DNA of 64,000 bases from an uncultured bacterium. Lineage in GTDB: Bacteria; Margulisbacteria; Marinamargulisbacteria; SXXA01. Of the stretch, positions 35,619 to 45,168 are shown piece after piece (positions within the stretch are counted from its first letter, which is position 1; every line of letters starts with the position of its first letter). Under the pieces are notes generated by a model that was not told where the DNA came from, searched no databases, and was given only the letters and a program-made list of their open reading frames with translations. The DNA lies in the NCBI GenBank assembly GCA_903864835.1, contig CAIPHK010000004.1, forward strand, positions 64,448 to 128,447, given 5' to 3'. Position numbers and translations under genes: made by a program.

Positions 35619-38600
35619 ATGACGGGAACCGTCGTGGTAATGACCGGCAAAATCCAATCGATCACCCCCAAGGGATCCGGCATGGTGTTGGTGCCTGTTG
35701 CGATCGGGTTAAGTACCACTCCAATTCCAGATGATGTCGAGATCAAAGAAACTCTGATCCAAGCGTTAAACGAATTTGAAGGTATCGGGACCGTCGCAAA
35801 GTGGGATGAAGGCAGAATCCGCTCTGAATTAGGTATTCTGAGTATCTCGGACTTAACGATTGAATCCGACATATTGCCCTTATCAAAAAGTCCAGATGGG
35901 CCGCTGCGGTCAGACCAGGTTCGTGCCGGCTGGACGGTGGATGCGTTAGAGTTGATTCAACAGATATCGGACGATGAGCCCACCACATCCATGGGAGATG
36001 GGCGTAAAGTCGGGGACCGGCAGGTGATGTCATACGGGGTGTTTCGGTTACCTTTTGCCCAACTTACCCGACCTCCGATCGACGCTGCATCTGAGGCAAT
36101 TTTGATTAACATGACCGTTACTTTAAGGTTGGATGGCACCACAGTTCCATTTTTAACCCCGGTATTGGACAGCGTACAATTTGATCGTTTGGCACGTTCG
36201 TCGTCGGTTCATCATGTCACGGTCCCATCGGGGGATGTATCCACCGGAGATGGATCTTTGGATGCTCAGATGGTTCATCACCGGTTGCGGTCGTGGGCGA
36301 ACGACGCAGCGACTATTCATTCTCGGTCAAAATCTCCCGCAGACCGAGTCGTGATTGTCCATCATTATGCGGGAAAAGAGTCGAGGCATTTACCCGCTTG
36401 GATACCGTTGAGCTACTTGCGACATTCGTTTGACGACATTCATTTATCCCTTCAAATAGTGATTTCAACCGACGACTCAATTGAGCCGCATTCGGCCGAT
36501 GTTTTACTTAATTTGTTGGGAGTGTCGTTAATTCATCCCCGATTGGTTGAACGGACGTTTCGAGACACACCATCGTTATTAGAGGTTATCCCCAATATGG
36601 TGGTGTCGCCCGAGGATCGGTTTGATCACTATCGAACGGGAATGACTAAGGCCCTCAAACGGATCATGGCAAAAAATGGGGATACCGATATGACGACCCA
36701 TATTGGGTCCAAAACGGTGGAAGCCTATCTCCTTGATGAAAAAATGGCAGCGCAACTTGGCACACGATCGATCATGGGACAATCCCGTTTTGGGCTACAG
36801 TTCTTTGTCGAGATGGCCGAATCCAATCGCCAAAATGCTGGATCTCACCCCCCCACCTTGGAACAGGTTGGACTTTATCAGTTTGTGTTAGGTGGGGTTA
36901 AGTTTAGTTGGGATTCGACCAATTTGATTCCGTTATTGGACACCTTACAATCGGGAAAAACCCCTCAATTTAACCCGGTTAGTGAAGATATCGAAGATAT
37001 TGGCTCTGATAAGGGCGGTTTAAGTTATTCAAAATTCAAGGCAACCTACGCCAATATCTGTGATTCCCAACGGATTACACTAGGTAGTCACTTGCGTCCG
37101 ATCACCAAAGTGGCCGTTGTGGCCATTGTTGGAGACGGAATTGCTGCGATGAAGTCTGCATTGGAAGCGGCTGAAGTTGAGACGGTAAAATCGGTGATCA
37201 TCATCGGCAAAATGCCGTTACCGGGCGGGAGATTACGATATGCAGTTGCGCCGGACCACGTCCACACCAAACAATTGGCCGATAGCCATCTCGATCAGAT
37301 TCTCACTCACCCTAAGGTAAGGTTATATACTGGGATCAAGGCATCGGGGGACTTGGTTCAGGAATTGCATGACATGGGGTGCATGGTCGTGGTCGCCCCG
37401 GGTTCCGCGACCCGAAAATTGACCCCCGATGACTGGGGGCGCCATGTCGTGACGGGCAGTAAAATGGTTGCATGGTATAACTCCAAACCTAATAAACACG
37501 GTAAAGGGCATCGCGACTGTCCAGTGTCATTGGAACACTCAACGTTGATCATTAATGGCCAGGGAAATGCCGCATTAGATGTGGCCAGAATGTTGGCAAG
37601 ATCCCCAAACAATGCCGAATTTAAGTCTCAAATTCGACCAGAAGTATTCGATACGCTATCCACCAAAAAAGTGACGACACTCTTGGTTTTGGGACGTCAG
37701 CCGCATTACAAAACCCGATTTTCGGCCACGGAGCTTGCCCAGTTAAGGGAATTATCTCAACAAGGACAATTCACAATTGAAAGTGAGTCATCGTTGGACA
37801 AAGATATTCATAAAATTAATGCGCAGCTCGTGGAGCTGGGCTGGCCGTTCGATGTCTCACTGACCCCAGACTATATTCGAAATGCTACCCGATTACAGGC
37901 CCTTTTGGCGGCCGTCGCGATTTCCATGGCGGCGGCTGCGGGGCTGGAACGATTCTCAGAGTGTGCCAATTTGGTGCAGACGGTTGCATTTTTTGATCAC
38001 TATTCTCTCACTCAAATCAGCGATCGTGGGGACTCCATGCCAAGCGTCGGCTGCCCGGTAATCCGATTTAAATTTGGAACCGTGATTTCGGATATCGATC
38101 CCAGTGACGAATCGGTTAACGTCCATTTTTCGGGAGGTCGTCACGACTCCATCACCTGTGGAGGCATTGTTGCCTGCGTTGGATTTCTCCAAGGAAAAGA
38201 AGCCAACGGAATTCGGGTCGACGACAGTGGCGACGTGTTTGCAAACGGTGTTCGCCTCACCTCCGCAATGGCGGCAGGGCAAGCTGTGACCGGGCGTGGG
38301 ACTGTTGGCGAAAGCACGGCAGGGCTCGAAATGGGGATTCAACGCCGGCTGAGTTCTCAAAAATGGATATCTCCAAATGGGGATCGATGGGTCAGCGACC
38401 GATACCCTCAGGCATTTACGACGGATGAGGTGAGAATGATTCAAGCCGCTGTGCGGAAGGGCGACGGTTACACGGTCTCGATGGAGGGTCTGACGCAGTG
38501 GCAAGCCGCCTATCGATTCGGCAAATCAGTGATGCCTACCGGTTCAATCAGTTATACGGCGGCGGCCTCGGATCCAAAAAAAATGGCGCCGCCGGTGTCC

Positions 38601-40046
38601 TATGACGTCGTGGTCGGAACACTGGGACCCAGTGGATTTTCAAAGATCCGAATGCATCGCGCCGAAGGTGTTGCCGCATCACGGTCCGTTAAAGACACGG
38701 TGAATGCGTTGCTGGGGGACGCAATTGGGGGATCATGTAACTCAGGCTCCTGCCAGGGGTGTACCATAGGGATTACGGATATCGAAGATCTGAGTCGATT
38801 TGGGTTAGCCTGTCTCCAAAAAAATAGTGACGTTACCCGGGTGTTTATACCGGAATCTCCTGTTTTGCCCCATATGGTTAGCAACGTATCGACTCACTTC
38901 AAAGCCCAAATCGATGATCGATCCAGCTGTGGGATCGGAGTGCATTCATTTTCAACGGCGTCCCCGGCGCACACTCAGGAAATATTGCGCCATCTCGCGC
39001 GAGATCGATCACGAGGCGCGGGGATTCAGGGCCAAGGCGATGGCGCTGGGGTGGTGCTGTCATTGGATCATGGGTATTTCAAAGCGCGAATATTCCATGA
39101 ACAAAAAAAAGTGCTTCCTGACCGGTTTGGCGTCATCCAGATTTTTGCAGATGAATCAGATATTGACCGAATTGAAGAACGGATAAAAGACCGGGAATTA
39201 GAGATCCTCGCGACTCGAAAAGTACCTATGAATGCCTCCAATTTTCATTCTCCTGACCGCCGTCACGTGGATGTGTATCAGATTATCGTCCCCGTAACGG
39301 ATTACACAAAAAATCAACTGAAAGAGATGTCAATTAACGCCGGATCCTGGTTACCCAATCGATACGATCTCTGTTCGGCATCGACCGAGTGGATTACCTA
39401 TAAATTGGCCGGTTATTCTGATGAATTAACGGTATTTGAAGACCTAACCTCTGATCAGCACTATCACACTCAATTCGGACTATCCCACGCCCGATTTAGT
39501 ACAACGACATTACCTCATCCTGGTCGTGCGCATCCTCATTTAGGATTAATTCATAACGGCGAAATACAGACCAAGGCTGCGATTATCAAATGGTTGGTGT
39601 CCAAAGCGATTGAACTTAAAACACGCAAGATACCGATGATGGTCGATGTCGCTGAATTACAAAGTGGGTCAGACTCTGCCGTTCTTCAAATTTATATTTC
39701 CGCTTTAGAATTGCTTTATCCGGAGTATACGTTACAAGAGCACCTTACGTTAATTTTTAGGTCCCACAACGGAAATCCAGCCATCGTGGCGCGGGGGAAA
39801 TCTGATGGGCTCCCTTTGGTGAGCGGACCGTGCAACATGGCGATGATTGGCGACGAGGGAGAGATCGTATTTGTGCGGGCTGAAAATGGGTTTAGACCCG
39901 CGACGCTCGTTCAATCGGAGTCGGACCTATCGATTACATCCGCAAGATATTGCCCTACATTCGACGAAATTCAACAGGTTCAGGAAGGGGCAATCATTTC
40001 AGTTGTGAATGGAAAAGTTATCTTGGACCAGGATACCACGGGATAA
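35619..40046 (+). CDS. Giant 1475-aa multidomain protein. It has an N-terminal region of about 480 aa with unknown function, an FprA/adrenodoxin-reductase/GltD-like FAD-NAD(P)H oxidoreductase domain, and a class-II (Ntn) glutamine amidotransferase domain of the glutamate-synthase large-subunit type.
   Basis: A Rossmann motif VAVVAIVGDGIAAMKSA. A second dinucleotide motif NGQGNAALDVARMLAR (compare FprA GNGNVALDVARIL). The FAD return segment VFANGVRLTSAMAAGQAVTG. GATase-2 marks are SCGIGVHSF...GDGAGVVL and ...HARFSTTTLPHP...HNGEIQT (compare GltB HNGEINT). The GltS FMN/synthase core is absent. The 5' 250 nt overlap the ATPase remnant, so the true start may be a downstream Met. Confidence 0.7.
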   Translation: MTGTVVVMTGKIQSITPKGSGMVLVPVAIGLSTTPIPDDVEIKETLIQALNEFEGIGTVAKWDEGRIRSELGILSISDLTIESDILPLSKSPDGPLRSDQVRAGWTVDALELIQQISDDEPTTSMGDGRKVGDRQVMSYGVFRLPFAQLTRPPIDAASEAILINMTVTLRLDGTTVPFLTPVLDSVQFDRLARSSSVHHVTVPSGDVSTGDGSLDAQMVHHRLRSWANDAATIHSRSKSPADRVVIVHHYAGKESRHLPAWIPLSYLRHSFDDIHLSLQIVISTDDSIEPHSADVLLNLLGVSLIHPRLVERTFRDTPSLLEVIPNMVVSPEDRFDHYRTGMTKALKRIMAKNGDTDMTTHIGSKTVEAYLLDEKMAAQLGTRSIMGQSRFGLQFFVEMAESNRQNAGSHPPTLEQVGLYQFVLGGVKFSWDSTNLIPLLDTLQSGKTPQFNPVSEDIEDIGSDKGGLSYSKFKATYANICDSQRITLGSHLRPITKVAVVAIVGDGIAAMKSALEAAEVETVKSVIIIGKMPLPGGRLRYAVAPDHVHTKQLADSHLDQILTHPKVRLYTGIKASGDLVQELHDMGCMVVVAPGSATRKLTPDDWGRHVVTGSKMVAWYNSKPNKHGKGHRDCPVSLEHSTLIINGQGNAALDVARMLARSPNNAEFKSQIRPEVFDTLSTKKVTTLLVLGRQPHYKTRFSATELAQLRELSQQGQFTIESESSLDKDIHKINAQLVELGWPFDVSLTPDYIRNATRLQALLAAVAISMAAAAGLERFSECANLVQTVAFFDHYSLTQISDRGDSMPSVGCPVIRFKFGTVISDIDPSDESVNVHFSGGRHDSITCGGIVACVGFLQGKEANGIRVDDSGDVFANGVRLTSAMAAGQAVTGRGTVGESTAGLEMGIQRRLSSQKWISPNGDRWVSDRYPQAFTTDEVRMIQAAVRKGDGYTVSMEGLTQWQAAYRFGKSVMPTGSISYTAAASDPKKMAPPVSYDVVVGTLGPSGFSKIRMHRAEGVAASRSVKDTVNALLGDAIGGSCNSGSCQGCTIGITDIEDLSRFGLACLQKNSDVTRVFIPESPVLPHMVSNVSTHFKAQIDDRSSCGIGVHSFSTASPAHTQEILRHLARDRSRGAGIQGQGDGAGVVLSLDHGYFKARIFHEQKKVLPDRFGVIQIFADESDIDRIEERIKDRELEILATRKVPMNASNFHSPDRRHVDVYQIIVPVTDYTKNQLKEMSINAGSWLPNRYDLCSASTEWITYKLAGYSDELTVFEDLTSDQHYHTQFGLSHARFSTTTLPHPGRAHPHLGLIHNGEIQTKAAIIKWLVSKAIELKTRKIPMMVDVAELQSGSDSAVLQIYISALELLYPEYTLQEHLTLIFRSHNGNPAIVARGKSDGLPLVSGPCNMAMIGDEGEIVFVRAENGFRPATLVQSESDLSITSARYCPTFDEIQQVQEGAIISVVNGKVILDQDTTG

Positions 40047-40099
40047 AAGGTGCCACCTTGGACCGCGTTCTCGACCGGTGTTGTTGCTCCGGCACATAT
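40025..40099 (+). repeat. Repeat family B, copy 2. It contains the last codons and the TAA stop of the 1475-aa gene.
   Basis: See copy 1. Confidence 0.8.
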
Positions 40100-40726
40100 T
40101 TCACTTGTTTTGTTCCCCAAAAATAGGGGGAAAAGGGTGTGGCGATCTTATTTATGGGATCGCGGTCCCTTATCAGGGATAGTTTTGTCCGTTAAATATA
40201 TAAATCTCTAGGGGGAAGTCGGATGGTTCATTTTAAACAGTTGTTTCTGCGCCTGTTCTAGAACCTATACCTGATCCATTCCGTTTTGCGTCAGCCCCGC
40301 CGGAAATTACCCCTCCAGCGGTTGAAGATGTTGCGGTGCGGGCGATTCTGATCGGGCCCCCGGTATCGATGGTATACCCAGAATCAGTGAGTTTGGCGGA
40401 TTCTACAGCGCGCAGCTTCCGGACTCAGATGTTTGACCCTTCAAGCTTGCCACCCGCTCCAACGGGGCCTGTCAATGTTCGAAAAGAAGAGAGGAAAAGA
40501 CTTGTCCCAGAATCTTAATGGCGAGGATTGCCTCAACGAACATCATTTTTTGGAGCCCATCGAGTCAATATCTCGCATTTTAGTAGCGTAGGAGATTATT
40601 GGTGCGGATGAACTGTCGTTAAAATAGCCTTAGTCCTAAACGACTATTTAGGTAATACTCCCCGATTAGAGTCTGTCGTAAAAAATAAAAGGGAGTGACA
40701 CTATTCGTCATTGGAAGTCGTTATGT

Positions 40727-41146
40727 TTGTCGGTTGTCTTGTTGGGCGCTTTGTCTATGCCCGCGCTTGCGATTCCCAGGTCTACTCTTATCGGTATCCA
40801 GATGGGTTTTGTGAATGGAGTGTATTTGTCGGTTCCTGAGGAAGGTCAAAATTTTTGGTCTGGGGCCATCGGGTTCCAAGACAACGATATTGCAGTGGCG
40901 GGTCAATATGGAAAAGTATATTCCTTCCCGAATTCGGCCAGTCTGTACTGGTATTATGGATTATCGGGATTTGCTAGACTTGATCCCAATACACCGGTTG
41001 TTGGCGGCGGTATTCCGTTTGGGATTTTGATTCCTCTCCATGAGGGGCCTCAAATTTTCTTGGAGGTGACGCCGTATATCTCGGTCTCGGATAATAAAAT
41101 GCAGACTGGATTTGCACCGTCGGTTAAGGTTGGGGTTCCGTTTTAG
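40727..41146 (+). CDS. Small outer-membrane beta-barrel protein (OmpW/OmpA-like, 8-strand class).
   Basis: Signal peptide ...ALSMPALA, alternating amphipathic strands, and a C-terminal ...VKVGVPF ending in Phe. The track start is a TTG codon. Confidence 0.55.
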   Translation: MSVVLLGALSMPALAIPRSTLIGIQMGFVNGVYLSVPEEGQNFWSGAIGFQDNDIAVAGQYGKVYSFPNSASLYWYYGLSGFARLDPNTPVVGGGIPFGILIPLHEGPQIFLEVTPYISVSDNKMQTGFAPSVKVGVPF

Positions 41147-41201
41147 GTTCCAGGAAACTACGGTTGAAAACCGTTTCAAACCGGTCGGACGGATATTAAA
41201 A

Positions 41202-41585
41202 TTACCGTTTCTGTAGCCCGCACACGTTAGAAATGGTGTGTCGCCGTTTTGCGATGGCGGTATATCCAATCCCAAATACCCAGAAAAATAGCGGGATTTT
41301 GAGGAGCCAATAAATGGGGGTCATCCACCATATCTGACGAGAGACCTCCTTAAAAAAATGGGCTCCTTTGAGAACCCGGCCGTCTTTGGCGATCAGATGG
41401 ATTGACGTCATCAATTCAATTTCATCGATTTGAACCGCATCCAGTAGTCCAGGATCTTGTATCGGACGAACTTTGAATCCATACCGTTCAAAAAATGCCT
41501 TTTTCTTCCCCACGAATGTAGTGCACATTCCGCAAGATCCATCAAAAATAATAAGACCTGCAGGACCCGTTTCTAGTGGTTTCAC
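41202..41585 (-). CDS. DCC1-like thiol-disulfide oxidoreductase family protein (DUF393).
   Basis: An N-terminal FDGSCGMC motif (DGxCxxC). Confidence 0.7.
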   Translation of the reverse strand: MKPLETGPAGLIIFDGSCGMCTTFVGKKKAFFERYGFKVRPIQDPGLLDAVQIDEIELMTSIHLIAKDGRVLKGAHFFKEVSRQIWWMTPIYWLLKIPLFFWVFGIGYTAIAKRRHTISNVCGLQKR

Positions 41586-41614
41586 TTGGACTCCCTCCGA
41601 TTTTTTTTAGCGTG

Positions 41615-42568
41615 TTAATGAGTATGATTTCGCCATTGGTCACATAAGTTTTGCGCGGCCTGCGTCCATTTGGGGTAGGAAAATTCGAATCCACTTTCGA
41701 TCAAGCGAGTGGGGTGGACCTTTCGACTTTTGAGAATCAATTCTGATTCGGTTTGGATCAGAACTGCACCGATCTTTAATAGCCATTCTGGCGTCGGTAT
41801 TCCCCATTTAAATCCCCACGCATCGCGGAGTTCCTTCATAAAGTCAGAATTGGTTACGGGAAACGGGGTCCCGAAAATAAATGCCCCGGATAGATCGCTC
41901 CGGTGAATCAAATGCTCGATCGCTCGGATCACGTCCAATTCATGAATCCAGGAAACAAATTGATCTCCGGCGCCGACACGGCCTCCCAATCCCAATTGAA
42001 CGAGTTTGAGAAGGTACGTAAATACACTTCCGGGATCGGGATTAAAAACCAAACTTGTTCGCATGACGACTTTGCGGGTGTGGGGGAGGGCGACTAATGC
42101 GAATTCACCTTCCCATGCCCGAGCAACGTCAATGCTGAATCGCCATTTCGAGGGCGCATTGGGCTCTTCTCCACCCAACACACCGGTATATTCATCATTG
42201 GGTGTATTAAATTGGTGGTCGTATAAGGTCGCGGTGGACGCCTGGAGCCACACGGATGGGGATGCCCCTCGTTCAAGGATTGCCCGCTCTAACACCCGAA
42301 TCGAACGGACTCGAGAGCTCCAAATGTCGCATTTGTTTTTGGGGGTATATCGGCAGTTGACGGAACGTCCGGTTAAATTGATTATCACGTCCGCGCCATC
42401 CAGCTCCTGAATCCACGGTCCCATTGTTTGGCCGTCCCATCGCACCGTTTTCCAATCGGTTTGGGCGGGGTGGCGAGTGAGCACCACAACCTCGTGATTA
42501 TTATCATGAAAATGTCTTGCTAACAGGTCTCCCATTTGACCACTTCCACCGGGTATTACAATTTTCAT
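41615..42568 (-). CDS. Epimerase family protein YfcH (TIGR01777; NAD-binding Rossmann plus DUF1731).
   Basis: MKIVIPGGSGQMG Rossmann motif at the N-terminus, 317 aa, and a DUF1731-like C-terminus. Confidence 0.8.
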   Translation of the reverse strand: MKIVIPGGSGQMGDLLARHFHDNNHEVVVLTRHPAQTDWKTVRWDGQTMGPWIQELDGADVIINLTGRSVNCRYTPKNKCDIWSSRVRSIRVLERAILERGASPSVWLQASTATLYDHQFNTPNDEYTGVLGGEEPNAPSKWRFSIDVARAWEGEFALVALPHTRKVVMRTSLVFNPDPGSVFTYLLKLVQLGLGGRVGAGDQFVSWIHELDVIRAIEHLIHRSDLSGAFIFGTPFPVTNSDFMKELRDAWGFKWGIPTPEWLLKIGAVLIQTESELILKSRKVHPTRLIESGFEFSYPKWTQAAQNLCDQWRNHTH

Positions 42569-43026
42569 ACAGAGAGCCTACCTTCTAATTTTTGCTTGAG
42601 GATATGGTTGCGTGATTCCAAAAATCGGGTCAAATACGGTGTTAAAACAATGGATGAAACCCATCGCCCTAAAAATCCAAATGGGGATTCAAACTCAAAC
42701 TGGTCTACCATCATGGTTGCGCCATCGTCGTGAAAAAAATGGTGGGTATGGGCCATTTTTGAAAACGCGCCCTGGGTCATGACGTCTCGAAAGTAGACGG
42801 GACGACGCATTTTGGAGATCACGACGGTGAGGCGTTGAACAATGCCAAAATGACGGGCCTGCCAGGTGACGGATTCGTTTTCTTCGATAAGTCCAGAGGT
42901 GCGGCCCGCAATGGCTTTTTCTTGAGTAGCGCCGGTACTTATTTGATGAAAGTCGATATCTCGACATAAGTCGAAGACCTGTTCGATCGGGGCATGGATC
43001 TTCGTAAGGAGCACGATTTTAGCCAT
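42565..43026 (-). CDS. SRPBCC (START/Bet v1-like, polyketide-cyclase family) protein.
   Basis: 153 aa. It overlaps yfcH as ATGA and is a common genomic partner of YfcH. Confidence 0.65.
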   Translation of the reverse strand: MAKIVLLTKIHAPIEQVFDLCRDIDFHQISTGATQEKAIAGRTSGLIEENESVTWQARHFGIVQRLTVVISKMRRPVYFRDVMTQGAFSKMAHTHHFFHDDGATMMVDQFEFESPFGFLGRWVSSIVLTPYLTRFLESRNHILKQKLEGRLSV

Positions 43027-43561
43027 TATTTTTATTCCTTATCAGACTAAGAATGGGTTTAAAAAATCGATTTTGTTCGAACTTTAAAACGGTTTCTAAC
43101 AACTGGTCACATTTTTTTCCGAGGCTATGTATATCGACGAGGACCTTTTTAAACGCGATTTCTTCGGGGCCAAATGGAGTCTCATTATCGATTTCCTTCA
43201 AAAGATGTTCGAGGGTTTTCATCATTGGATGAAGTTCTCTTTTTGTTCGTTCTCTTGCAATTTTTTGAGCTACTTCCCAAATGTCTTTTTCAGCGTAAAA
43301 ATATTCTTTTCGCTCACCGGGGCGGCTCTCTCGGTAAATCAGGCCCCAAATCATCAGGTCTCTTAAATTCATATTGGCGTTGCCTCGCGAAATAGTGAGG
43401 GCGCTCATAATCTGATCCGTGGTTAATGCGTGATCGCTAGCCAACAATAGTCCGTGAAGTTGGGCCATCGTTTTATTGATTCCCCATTCCATTCCGACAG
43501 TGCCCCATAGCTGGACAAATTTTTCTTTTAATTCAGACGGTTGCATCTTGATTGTCACCAA
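43019..43561 (-). CDS. GbsR/MarR-family transcriptional regulator.
   Basis: 180 aa with an N-terminal winged-HTH region similar to the GbsR/OpcR choline-sensing repressors. It is the first gene of a 4-gene minus-strand operon. Confidence 0.65.
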   Translation of the reverse strand: MVTIKMQPSELKEKFVQLWGTVGMEWGINKTMAQLHGLLLASDHALTTDQIMSALTISRGNANMNLRDLMIWGLIYRESRPGERKEYFYAEKDIWEVAQKIARERTKRELHPMMKTLEHLLKEIDNETPFGPEEIAFKKVLVDIHSLGKKCDQLLETVLKFEQNRFFKPILSLIRNKNNG

Positions 43562-43747
43562 CTTTCAATAAGTTATGAAACTTTATGTTGATCGGGTCGT
43601 TTAGTCAACATTAGACGTACATTCGGTGAGAATTTTCTGACGGGGCGTACTATTTTTTTACTGAAATTTTTTTTCGAGATTTCCGACAATTAGGGGTAAA
43701 CGCCCGCCTATTTAAGTTGGACACCCAGGATTTAAAGGAGATCGATT

Positions 43748-43924
43748 ATGAACTATCGGATCGTTGCCGCACCTTCAGCAAAAGATAATTTGCAACGTGT
43801 TGTTCGAACGGTTGTAAGGAAGCTCAAAAATAACGACTTTGGCATGCATAAAACTCGGTTCGATCAAAAAATTGAGGCATTGAACTCTCTTGATGGTGAT
43901 ATTCCTACTCGTGTAACCGCTTAA
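43748..43924 (+). CDS. Small hypothetical protein of 58 aa (MNYRIVAAPSAKDNLQRVVRTVVRKLKNNDFGMHKTRFDQKIEALNSLDGDIPTRVTA). It is not in the ORF track.
   Basis: A strong RBS aaaggag lies 7 nt upstream of the ATG, and the stop is TAA. It forms a two-gene unit with the following ORF. Confidence 0.45.
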   Translation: MNYRIVAAPSAKDNLQRVVRTVVRKLKNNDFGMHKTRFDQKIEALNSLDGDIPTRVTA

Positions 43925-44008
43925 ACCAAGCTGGTAAACGATATAGCTGTCTTTTTTATTAAAGCCCTGGAAAAAGCGCCTTGGATGGTGTTTCGGAGTT
44001 GGAACGAG

Positions 44009-44374
44009 ATGGGATTCTCTGGGCGAGATGTCGCGAAGGAAGGGTTTGCAAACCGCGTTGCGGAAAAGTTTATAATAAAAACTTATCTTGATCAGAACCG
44101 CTTTCCCTGTTTCGACGGTGATTTACAGCCTATCCAACAGTTTCACGATGGAACGCCGGCGGGTCGGCTTACGCATTTAATTGATACTGTATTGATGCCC
44201 GTCTGGCCGCTCGGCGATAGCGACGCATTTCGGGTTCGGTCCCAACTATTGACGGTATTGGCCGATGAATTGGGAGTAAAGGTTAAAGTCCCAACATCGT
44301 TAGACAATAATAGGTTTGATTTACGGCAGGTAATTGAAGGTTACTTGGCCAAGATGGACTTTGCGATTGCGTGA
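44009..44374 (+). CDS. Hypothetical protein of about 121 aa (129 aa if it starts at 43985).
   Basis: The ATG at 44009 has the RBS ggag. Repeat family B follows the stop. Confidence 0.45.
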   Translation: MGFSGRDVAKEGFANRVAEKFIIKTYLDQNRFPCFDGDLQPIQQFHDGTPAGRLTHLIDTVLMPVWPLGDSDAFRVRSQLLTVLADELGVKVKVPTSLDNNRFDLRQVIEGYLAKMDFAIA

Positions 44375-44385
44375 TTAAAGTTTAG

Positions 44386-44450
44386 GTTCCAGGATACCAC
44401 GATTAAAAAGGTGCCACCTTAGACTCAAAAGTGGAGATGGCACCTTTGAA
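44386..44450 (+). repeat. Repeat family B, copy 3, a variant with a strong terminator-like hairpin aaaggtgcca...tggcaccttt. A fragment at 41151..41173 is a fourth, partial copy.
   Basis: The first 27 nt are shared with copies 1 and 2. A 10-bp perfect stem follows. Confidence 0.7.
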
Positions 44451-44562
44451 AAGCCTGCCTTTATGGGGGCGTTATCGGAAGCCTCGATTCTAATCTCAAT
44501 TGTGGAGACTGACGGAGACATTTAGAAAGCGTTAATAGGGTCTAAAATTGACGCTTCGAGGG

Positions 44563-45168
44563 CTAAAGATCTTCGATCCTAAATTCGCTATACCCTTCAT
44601 AAAAGTAACTGATATCAATCCCCTTCATAAACAGCGCTCGATCGTAAATCGCGTCGGTCAGAGCGCTAGTTAACAACTGTTTGATTTCGATATCCTTAAC
44701 GACGCTACGTTCCATTGCGGATAGATAGTCGGCTTTATCAACCTGATTCCAATCAATTACGTTTTGAATTTGTTTTTTTAATAAAAGGTCCAGCCATAAG
44801 CGCGTTGCGCGGCCATTTCCTTCTCGAAAGGGGTGCGCAATGTTCATTTCAACGTATTTTTCGATAATTTCTTCAAAATTTCTTTGTGGCATTTTGTCGA
44901 TATGGTCTAGCGCTTGCTGTAGGTACATCACTGGTGCAAACCGGAAATTTCCTTTTGAAATATTTACCTCACGGATTTTTCCGGAAAAATCGTAAATATC
45001 CTCGAATAGATACCGATGAATTTGCGACAGTCCTACAAATGTGCCGACTTCAATTTGATCAATGTCCCCGGTTTCCAACAGTTGCTTGGCCTTTTGTTTG
45101 CTGATTTTTTCTTCGGCTCGGTTCAACTCAACTTGGTTGGTTATATTTAGTTTATTTTCTAAAATCAT
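44563..45168 (-). CDS. fic: Fic-family protein (AMPylator), class III, with a C-terminal auto-inhibitory helix.
   Basis: The canonical Fic motif [12 protein letters not shown] is present. The C-terminal ISYFYEG matches the inhibitory [ST]xxxE[GN] motif. Confidence 0.85.
   Translation of the reverse strand: MILENKLNITNQVELNRAEEKISKQKAKQLLETGDIDQIEVGTFVGLSQIHRYLFEDIYDFSGKIREVNISKGNFRFAPVMYLQQALDHIDKMPQRNFEEIIEKYVEMNIAHPFREGNGRATRLWLDLLLKKQIQNVIDWNQVDKADYLSAMERSVVKDIEIKQLLTSALTDAIYDRALFMKGIDISYFYEGYSEFRIEDL

Noticed and set aside
35560-35872. N-terminal 100 codons of ORF 34862..35872 (MSDSIVKSEILRIPNSERILPSSHF...).
   Set aside because: This part shows no P-type ATPase similarity and is the antisense of the 5' end of the 1475-aa gene. 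The ATPase homology only begins around 35560, so the ORF start is an artefact of the long open frame.
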